DNA of 64,000 nt. Origin: an uncultured Candidatus Peribacteria bacterium (GTDB lineage Bacteria > Patescibacteriota > Gracilibacteria > UBA1369 > 2-02-FULL-48-14). The position numbers and the translations under genes were made by a program. The stretch's first letter is position 1, and each line of letters starts with the position of its first letter. The notes under the pieces are model-generated. The model searched no databases, was not told where the DNA came from, and saw nothing but the letters and a program-made list of their open reading frames with translations. The stretch covers positions 33,636-97,635 of the forward strand of contig CAZUWE010000003.1 in NCBI GenBank assembly GCA_964624175.1. Reading direction: 5' to 3'. Below, in pieces: positions 27,351 through 33,713 of this stretch.

Positions 27351-28448
27351 ATGAACGATTTTTACTCAGTACTCGGTGTTGAAAAAAACGCCACAGAATC
27401 CGATATAAAGCGAGCGTATCGAAAAAAGGCTCAGCAGTACCACCCGGACAAAAACCCCGGTAATAAAGAAGCTGAAGCGAAATTTAAAGAAGTACAGCAG
27501 GCGTACGACGTGCTTGGTGATTCGCAGAAGCGTTCCCAGTATGATCAGTACGGTAGCGTGGGGGACAATGGTTTCCCGGGCGGAGGCGCGGGCTTCAACC
27601 CCAATGACTTTGGCGGCTTCGCGGATATTTTCGAAAGCTTCTTCGGTCAAGGATTTGGCGGTGGGGGGCGCAGCCCAAAGAAACCAGGCCCCACCCGTGG
27701 TAAGGATATTGAAACTGAGCTCACCGTTAAGTTTGAGGAGGCGGTGTTTGGGACAACCAAGCACTTGGAGATCACTAAGCCTGAAGTGTGCGATCACTGT
27801 AGCGGAAAGGGAAGCGAACCTGGCACGACAGTGAAGACATGTCCGCAGTGTAATGGACAGGGCCAAGTACGCTCCACAAGACAAACTATTTTGGGCGCGA
27901 TTAGCAGTGTACATGTGTGTCCACAGTGTCAAGGTCGTGGCGAGATTCCAGATAAGATGTGTACAAAATGCAATGGACAGACGCGTATTCGAAAGAGCAT
28001 GGAAGTGGATGTGAACATTCCTAAGGGAATTGAAGACGGCACGACCATCCGCTTAAAAGGAAAGGGGGCGGCCGGCCTGATGGGCGGAGAGTATGGCGAT
28101 TTGTTTTTGCATATTTCAGTGGCGCCTCACCCTAAGTTTTCTCGAGAAGGGAAGACGATCTACTCTAGCGAACTCATTCCCCTCGTGCAGGCTGTACTGG
28201 GAGCTACTATTAAGGTAGATACCATCCATGGAAAGGAAAACTTGAAGATCCCTGCAGGCACTCAAGATGGAACCGTGCTCACTATTAAAGGGAAGGGGTC
28301 TCCTTCGCTCAAGTCAGATTCTTTGGGTGACCATAAGGTTACCTTGCACCTTAAGATACCTGAAAAGCTTACTAAGAAGGAGCGTGAACTTTATGAACAG
28401 TTGGCCAGTGAAGGTGGCAATGAGGTGAATAAAGGTGGCTGGTTCTAG
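27351..28448 (+). CDS. dnaJ: Chaperone DnaJ (type I: J domain, G/F region, 4x CxxCxGxG zinc finger)
   Basis: The sequence reads MNDFYSVLGV...HPDKN, then a G/F-rich stretch, then CDHCSGKG, CPQCNGQG, CPQCQGRG and CTKCNGQT. The ORF-track start at 27345 is a GTG, and the ATG at 27351 is preferred. No dnaK or grpE is adjacent. Confidence 0.95.
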   Translation: MNDFYSVLGVEKNATESDIKRAYRKKAQQYHPDKNPGNKEAEAKFKEVQQAYDVLGDSQKRSQYDQYGSVGDNGFPGGGAGFNPNDFGGFADIFESFFGQGFGGGGRSPKKPGPTRGKDIETELTVKFEEAVFGTTKHLEITKPEVCDHCSGKGSEPGTTVKTCPQCNGQGQVRSTRQTILGAISSVHVCPQCQGRGEIPDKMCTKCNGQTRIRKSMEVDVNIPKGIEDGTTIRLKGKGAAGLMGGEYGDLFLHISVAPHPKFSREGKTIYSSELIPLVQAVLGATIKVDTIHGKENLKIPAGTQDGTVLTIKGKGSPSLKSDSLGDHKVTLHLKIPEKLTKKERELYEQLASEGGNEVNKGGWF

Positions 28449-28450
28449 AG

Positions 28451-28492
28451 TTTTGCACGAACAACTTGTCGAAGATTGTGCAAAAGTTTTTT
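28451..28492 (+). terminator. Probable dnaJ terminator
   Basis: TTTTGCACGA...TTGTGCAAAA forms a ~10-bp stem (one G-U pair) with a 15-nt loop, followed by GTTTTTT. It starts 3 nt after the dnaJ stop. Confidence 0.55.
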
Positions 28493-28529
28493 GCTGTGGA
28501 TAAGGGACATTCAAACCTGTTGAGTCGTC

Positions 28530-28553
28530 AAAAAACGCTGTCGCCGCGGACAG
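28530..28553 (-). terminator. Possible terminator downstream of tRNA-Lys
   Basis: The minus strand reads CTGTC-CGCGGC-GACAG-CG-TTTTTT. The stem is short (5 bp), so this call is weak. Confidence 0.4.
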
Positions 28554-28582
28554 ACGAAGGGTGTCGAACTTTGTGCGAAAGG

Positions 28583-28638
28583 TGGTGGGTCAGCCGAGAA
28601 GACGCTCGCTTCGCTCGCTATTATTCGAACTCGGGACC
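28583..28638 (-). pseudogene. Partial duplicate of the tRNA-Lys 3' half (acceptor 3' strand plus T-arm) with a 24-25-nt insertion in the T-loop
   Basis: TGGTGGGTCAGCCGAGA (28583-28599) and TCGAACTCGGGACC (28625-28638) match the intact tRNA-Lys 3' region at 28677-28709. No matching 5' acceptor strand (CTGACCC on the plus strand) lies nearby. Confidence 0.55.
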
Positions 28639-28676
28639 TACTAAAATAAATCCCACGCAAGGTGGACTCCATTTTA

Positions 28677-28752
28677 TGGTGGGTCAGCCGAGAATCGAAC
28701 TCGGGACCATCAGCTTAAAAGGCTGTTGCTCTACCGACTGAGCTACTGACCC
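28677..28752 (-). tRNA. tRNA-Lys (anticodon UUU), CCA encoded
   Basis: The minus strand reads GGGTCAGTAGCTCAGTCGGTAGAGCAACAGCCTTTTAAGCTGATGGTCCCGAGTTCGATTCTCGGCTGACCCACCA. It has the anticodon loop CTTTTAA and the T-arm CCGAG-TTCGATT-CTCGG. It aligns closely with the E. coli tRNA-Lys layout. Confidence 0.9.
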
Positions 28753-28801
28753 ACGATATACTAACTGCCGTATTTTATGGATGGAGCTTGTGAGATGCAA
28801 G

Positions 28802-29353
28802 CTATTCTTCAGTTCGGTTGAAAAGACTCACCACAACCAGGGCAAGAACAGGTAAAGCAAACCAGATGTTGTAGTTATCTACTATGGCTTTGATGAACTG
28901 GGACTCTTGATAGAGGTTGGTTTCGAAACCTGCACGGATACTGCCAGTAACAAAAGATCCACCCGTTAAGTACACTAAAATGGTGCTAACCATGAGACCG
29001 GCGTTGAGGAACCCAAAGGAGAGATTACCCAAAATGCGGGTCACAACAGATTGCTCGGGGAGCACATCCACCACAAAGCCCCCCTTTATAGCCAGGAGGA
29101 CGATGGTTAGCACGAAGGTGAAAATCTTGATGAGAACGAGGGCCTGGTCGCCCACTTCACCTTGAAGTGCAGGAGCGGTGGGCAGGAGATAAGTTTGGAG
29201 CAGGTTACCAATTCCATCGGCCGTGAGAATGGCCATATAGGTGGAAATCAGCATTTTGATAGTCTGATTCCTTCCAATAATAAAACTGTACGCAATAACT
29301 ATTACGAAGAAAACTAGAATGAAGAGGTCCCAAGATAGTCGTACGTTATCCAC
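28802..29353 (-). CDS. CvpA-like small integral membrane protein
   Basis: 183 aa with 4-5 TM helices. The N-terminal pattern (short N-terminus, W-D-L-F-I-L-V-F, then basic GRNQ) resembles the colicin V production protein family. The call is motif-level only. Confidence 0.45.
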   Translation of the reverse strand: MDNVRLSWDLFILVFFVIVIAYSFIIGRNQTIKMLISTYMAILTADGIGNLLQTYLLPTAPALQGEVGDQALVLIKIFTFVLTIVLLAIKGGFVVDVLPEQSVVTRILGNLSFGFLNAGLMVSTILVYLTGGSFVTGSIRAGFETNLYQESQFIKAIVDNYNIWFALPVLALVVVSLFNRTEE

Positions 29354-29436
29354 GGCGTGAGTGAAAAAACTGGGGTCATTCTAACAAAAAGTATTCGGGA
29401 TCACAAAATTAATCTCATTTCAGGTTTGGATAGGCG

Positions 29437-29596
29437 CTGACTAGTCGGACTTCTGTCAACTAGTCAAATTTTGGATTTTGACTAGTCGGAGTTTTGCACA
29501 ATTTAAGGTTAGTAAAAAATTCTGACTAGTCGGAATGGACATGTTGATTAATCAACATTCCACCTATACAGAATGTTATAATTCTGACTAGTCGGA
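29437..29596. repeat. Array of GACTAGTC-centred 13-mers (CTGACTAGTCGGA) upstream of the HTH gene
   Basis: Copies lie at 29437-29449, 29479-29490, 29521-29534 and 29583-29596, with a variant CAACTAGTCAAA at 29456-29467. Centre-to-centre spacings are ~42, 43 and 62 bp. Confidence 0.8.
29541..29558. promoter_or_regulatory. 18-bp perfect palindrome ATGTTGATTAATCAACAT (copy 2)
   Basis: It is identical to 26979..26996. It lies 121 bp upstream of the HTH gene start and inside the GACTAGTC array. Confidence 0.7.
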
Positions 29597-29678
29597 TTGC
29601 ATTTTTCCTTTACAATAAGCCAAATTTCACCTATACACTTGTGATAAGGCGACACTTTGTGTTCTAATCACCTTTCTA

Positions 29679-30203
29679 ATGAATAAAGACTTTCTCACTT
29701 TGGAGGAAGCTGCCCATGCTCTAAAAAAGTCTACCCAGACTATTCGACGCATGATTAAGAAGGGTGAACTCCAAGCCCAACGGGTACGAACCCCGCAAGG
29801 CTTTCATTATGTGGTGAGGCGGGATGATATTGTGCCAGTGGAGTCAGAGGCACCTAAGGCGGAAGAAACTGTAGAAAATGTGTTTTATAATTCGCCTATA
29901 CAAAATGCTGAAGAATCGCAGCAAGAAGAGCCAAATGACGTGTTGACTAATCAAACTCAAATTTTGACTAATCAAAACCAAGTTCAGCCAGTTCCAGGGC
30001 CAGTCCAAGTACCCCTAGACAAAAATCAGCCAATTACATTCTACTTTCCACCCCTCCCCCCTGCCCCTAGCGTGGAAGCTAAAGACTTGCTCCGCCTCAT
30101 TGAAAGGCAGCACCGAGAACATTTAGGACTCATTCGAATCATTGAACGACTCCAAGAGGAACTGCATCACGAAAGACAAAAGCACGGGAATCAAGGCGAA
30201 TGA
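29679..30203 (+). CDS. Excisionase/MerR-superfamily helix-turn-helix DNA-binding protein with a Q/N/P-rich linker and C-terminal coiled coil
   Basis: The N-terminus FLTLEEAAHALKKSTQTIRRMIKKGELQAQRV is a typical HTH_17 (excisionase-type) motif. The C-terminus LLRLIERQHREHLGLIRIIERLQEELHHERQK is predicted to be helical. The stop overlaps the next gene's ATG (ATGA). Confidence 0.75.
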   Translation: MNKDFLTLEEAAHALKKSTQTIRRMIKKGELQAQRVRTPQGFHYVVRRDDIVPVESEAPKAEETVENVFYNSPIQNAEESQQEEPNDVLTNQTQILTNQNQVQPVPGPVQVPLDKNQPITFYFPPLPPAPSVEAKDLLRLIERQHREHLGLIRIIERLQEELHHERQKHGNQGE

Positions 30204-31783
30204 GTTGCGGTGAGTGGAGCCGAGATTTAGACTTTGGGCGATTTCCCATATCAATGAAGCTTTTCGACAATCCTTGGGGGTTCTCGGTTGAACATACCAA
30301 CCCCTTCCAACTCTTTTCGCTTCTCCAAGAGGTCGCGCTGACGACTCAAAGCCCGCGAGACATCGTGGACTTGTCGCGAGGGGATCCTGGGTATGGGTTT
30401 AGCCCCTCTGTACGGGGACGGGAATTTTTGTCGTTTTTGCTGTTCCTCGATACGAAGCTCAACAATGCAAAGCACCTGTTTGTGGATAATGCTGCGGAAG
30501 ACGAAAAACAAATTCTGGAAGAAATCGCCGTGTTCGCCCAAAGTGCCTACGTCCCTGCCCTAGCAACCCGTTACTTGGGGGACCTCAGTGAATTCATTCA
30601 ACGTTGCATTCAAATCGCTCGAGAGGAAGGCGTGGATATGCGGCCCTTTGATGTACTCATGGAGATCTTCAAACATTCGACCATTAGCGGCGGGACTTAC
30701 CACGACCCACGAGGAGAAAAACTGGTACGCATGATCATTGCTTGGTGGCACAAAAAAACTGTGAAGACGCCGTTTAATTACGATGATTTGATCTTCACTT
30801 CAGGAGCGTCGCACGCGATTGGAACTATTTTTAAACTGCTCGGGCAAGAGGGACTGCAATTCCTCACTCACGGCGATAGTGTGCTGATCTCCTCCCCTGC
30901 TTACAATCCGTACAACGCCATCTTGCAGCACCGCGGACTCCAGACCGTGAGTATCTCTATTGACCCCATCACGGGTAAACTGGAGGACCGAGCGCACGAG
31001 ACTTTGAAGAAAGCGAAGGGAATTAAGGTTTTGATTTTGATTGATCCTAATAATCCAACTGGGTTCTCTATGGACGAAGAAACCATGGAAACTTTGGCGA
31101 AGTTTGCTAAGGAACAGGATGCGCTCATCATAACGGACGAGGTTTACAGCGCCTTTTTTGAGGACAGAAAGTCGATTATAGATTTGTGCCCTGAACGAAC
31201 GCTGCGTATTCAAGCGCGCTCTAAGATTGAACGAAGCACGGGGCTACGATTCGGAGACATCTTGATCTGCCCTGAAACGAATAAGTATTTAACGGAAGTA
31301 CGGCTCAAAGATTTGCTGCCAGAAGGACAAGATTTCAAGAAGGCGTTTCTCTTTGCTAAGGGGCCTGGAGGCGTGCACGGAGAATTCCAGCATACGACCT
31401 TTGTGACGGGACCCGATCAGTACCTGGGCGCCGCGCACATTTTACTCGGTGAAGAAGAACGAAAAAAGTACCGCGAAACCATGCGTAAGAATCACGAGGT
31501 TTTCAACAAGACTTTGGGACTCCCCCATCAAGGAAATCTGTATTACGTGATGTTTGACATGAACGACGTGCCCGGCTGCACCACTCAGGACCTCCCCCCA
31601 GAACAAAAAATCTATGACCTGGCGAAGCTTGGTGTCATCTACATTCCTGCGAATTTGTTTTTCTCTGAAGAAGACCGTGCATTAAAGAGCCGTGCTCACA
31701 CCGTGCGGGCCTCACTGGCCAACGCCACCCCTGAAAAAATCAAGCAAGCCGCTGAAATCACGCGGCAGTATCTTACTCATTAA
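30200..31783 (+). CDS. PLP-dependent class I/II aminotransferase, long form (AsdA-like length)
   Basis: 527 aa with the motifs DLSRGDPGYG, ILIDPNNPTG and SKIERSTGLRFG (PLP lysine context). Substrate specificity cannot be determined from the sequence. Confidence 0.75.
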   Translation: MSCGEWSRDLDFGRFPISMKLFDNPWGFSVEHTNPFQLFSLLQEVALTTQSPRDIVDLSRGDPGYGFSPSVRGREFLSFLLFLDTKLNNAKHLFVDNAAEDEKQILEEIAVFAQSAYVPALATRYLGDLSEFIQRCIQIAREEGVDMRPFDVLMEIFKHSTISGGTYHDPRGEKLVRMIIAWWHKKTVKTPFNYDDLIFTSGASHAIGTIFKLLGQEGLQFLTHGDSVLISSPAYNPYNAILQHRGLQTVSISIDPITGKLEDRAHETLKKAKGIKVLILIDPNNPTGFSMDEETMETLAKFAKEQDALIITDEVYSAFFEDRKSIIDLCPERTLRIQARSKIERSTGLRFGDILICPETNKYLTEVRLKDLLPEGQDFKKAFLFAKGPGGVHGEFQHTTFVTGPDQYLGAAHILLGEEERKKYRETMRKNHEVFNKTLGLPHQGNLYYVMFDMNDVPGCTTQDLPPEQKIYDLAKLGVIYIPANLFFSEEDRALKSRAHTVRASLANATPEKIKQAAEITRQYLTH

Positions 31784-31796
31784 TCCACCCTGCCCC

Positions 31797-33044
31797 ATGT
31801 CTCTTTTTGAAAACACGCTCAAGCAAATTCGAAAGGCCTCTGAGCTTATGCAATTGCACTCACACATTGAAGAAGTTTTGAGCCACCCAGAGCGTATTAT
31901 TGAAGTGAGTTTGCCCGTGGTAATGGACAATGGACAACTCCGAGTTTTCCAAGCGTTCCGTGTCCAGCACAACAGCATCCGTGGACCTTATAAAGGGGGT
32001 ATTCGCTACCACCCACAAGTGGACATGGACGAGGTGAAAGCGCTGTCTACTTGGATGACCATGAAGTGCGCCGTGGTGGGCATTCCACTGGGAGGCGCGA
32101 AGGGAGGAATCGTGATGGATCCCAAGGCCTTGTCGCCTCGTGAACTTGAGGCCGTTACACGCGAATACGCGCGAGCGATGACTCCATTCATTGGACCAGA
32201 AATGGACGTACCTGCGCCGGACGTTTACACGAACTCTCAAATCATGGCGTGGATTGCGGACGAGTACAGCAAGATCAAAGGACACAACGTGCTTGGAGTG
32301 GTGACTGGTAAGGCGATTGAAACAGGAGGATCCCTGGGCCGCGACACCGCGACCAGCCAAGGAGGAGTCTACGTGATTGAGGAATATTTGAAGAGCATTG
32401 GAAAAAATCCTCAAGGAATGACCGTGGTGGTGCAAGGATTCGGGAACGCGGGTTCACACGTGGCTCGCCTGCTTTCGGAGCTAGGAATGAAAGTAATTGC
32501 GGTTTCGGACTCTAAGAGTGGTTTGCACTGCGCGGACGGCATCGACCCCAATGCAGCAATTGCCTGCAAGGCTGAGAAAGGCCAAGTGGGTGAATGCACG
32601 CCCGTGGGCGCCGTTTGTAACATTGTGAGCAACGAAGAGCTGCTCGCCCTCCCCTGCGACATTTTGGTGCTGTCTGCCCTGGAAAATCAGGTTCGAGTGG
32701 ACAATGCAGACAACGTGAAAGCGGGTCTAGTCGTGGAGCTGGCGAACGGTCCCGTGACGCCGGAGGCGGACGAGATTTTGGCGAAGAAAGGCATCCCCGT
32801 GATTCCCGATATTTTGGCGAATGCCGGAGGGGTGACCGTGAGCTACTTCGAACTCGTGCAGAACCAAATGAACTACTATTGGTCGCTGGAAGAGGTTTTG
32901 GCGAAGTTGAAGCCGATCATGCAAAACGCGTGGAAGGACGTGAAGGCGAATGCCGACAAGTTCAAATGCACCTACCGTGAAGCCGCCTTCATCACTGCCC
33001 TACGCAAGCTTGAGGCGGCGATTGCGATGAGACGCGGGAGGTAA
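31797..33044 (+). CDS. gdhA: Glutamate dehydrogenase
   Basis: Conserved blocks are present: GPYKGGIRYHP, KCAVVGIPLGGAKGG and VVQGFGNAGS. The ATG at 31797 (MSLFENTLKQ) is preferred over the ORF-track start at 31692. Confidence 0.9.
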   Translation: MSLFENTLKQIRKASELMQLHSHIEEVLSHPERIIEVSLPVVMDNGQLRVFQAFRVQHNSIRGPYKGGIRYHPQVDMDEVKALSTWMTMKCAVVGIPLGGAKGGIVMDPKALSPRELEAVTREYARAMTPFIGPEMDVPAPDVYTNSQIMAWIADEYSKIKGHNVLGVVTGKAIETGGSLGRDTATSQGGVYVIEEYLKSIGKNPQGMTVVVQGFGNAGSHVARLLSELGMKVIAVSDSKSGLHCADGIDPNAAIACKAEKGQVGECTPVGAVCNIVSNEELLALPCDILVLSALENQVRVDNADNVKAGLVVELANGPVTPEADEILAKKGIPVIPDILANAGGVTVSYFELVQNQMNYYWSLEEVLAKLKPIMQNAWKDVKANADKFKCTYREAAFITALRKLEAAIAMRRGR

Positions 33045-33102
33045 TTCTCGTAATAAACAGACCAAGCGAGTATTCTTGTTGTAGTAATCTTCAAGTTTAA
33101 AG

Positions 33103-33612
33103 ATGTCTAAAAAAATTCTCGCTCTTGGTGGCAAGCTTAGTGCTTTTTCACTGGCCCTGTCGCCCGTGCTACTGGCGGTACTCATTGTATTGGTTCAAAT
33201 CATCCTGCAGTTTTTCTTGTTCGGTGAGAATTTAACTACTGGCAAAGGTCCTGGACCCACAGAACACTTCGCCTGCTTCGTTCCAGGAAATGGTTGGACG
33301 AATTGTGGCTTAACTGGATTGTTTTTAAACTTAATGTTCTCGTTTTTCTTTGCCTTCCCTGTGTTTTTCATGGCTTTAATGGCGTCTTTTTTTACCCCTG
33401 AACTGCATTCAGCAGTAAGCCTGGGAAGTTTAGTGATGATGATTGTCGTGGTCTATATGGCTTTGATGGTGGAATCAAAATTCTTTCCTCAGCTCCACAA
33501 AACCGCTAAACGTCGTTTACACATTTTATTTGTCCTGGTAAGTGCTTTACTATTCTTGGTTGGAATCCTGTGGCCCTGGCACGAGGAGATTCTAGACATC
33601 ATCACGGTTTAG
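33103..33612 (+). CDS. Hypothetical integral membrane protein
   Basis: 169 aa with 4-5 hydrophobic helices and no recognisable motif. Confidence 0.5.
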   Translation: MSKKILALGGKLSAFSLALSPVLLAVLIVLVQIILQFFLFGENLTTGKGPGPTEHFACFVPGNGWTNCGLTGLFLNLMFSFFFAFPVFFMALMASFFTPELHSAVSLGSLVMMIVVVYMALMVESKFFPQLHKTAKRRLHILFVLVSALLFLVGILWPWHEEILDIITV

Positions 33613-33713
33613 GCGATTCACTCACGTGAGTAAGACACACAACATAATCAAATAAGGCAAGGTGCCAAGGGACTTCCCTTGCGCAAGCCATCCATTAATG
33701 TAAAAATTCCGCC

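Noticed and set aside
28466-28741. A 91-aa ORF spanning the region downstream of dnaJ.
   Set aside because: It is antisense to tRNA-Lys and to the partial tRNA copy, and its 'protein' is a translation of tRNA sequence.
29437-29596. The repeat array might be a small CRISPR array.
   Set aside because: The repeats are only ~13 nt long. The spacers are unequal and contain other shared motifs. There are no cas genes and no leader-like organisation. The array sits in a divergent promoter region.
28583-29680. An intact integrated mobile element at tRNA-Lys, given the direct tRNA 3' repeats and the nearby excisionase-type HTH.
   Set aside because: Only 38 bp separate the repeats. No integrase lies nearby (the only tyrosine recombinase is Xer-like, 27 kb away). 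The HTH gene is on the other side of the tRNA. It is kept only as a possible scar.
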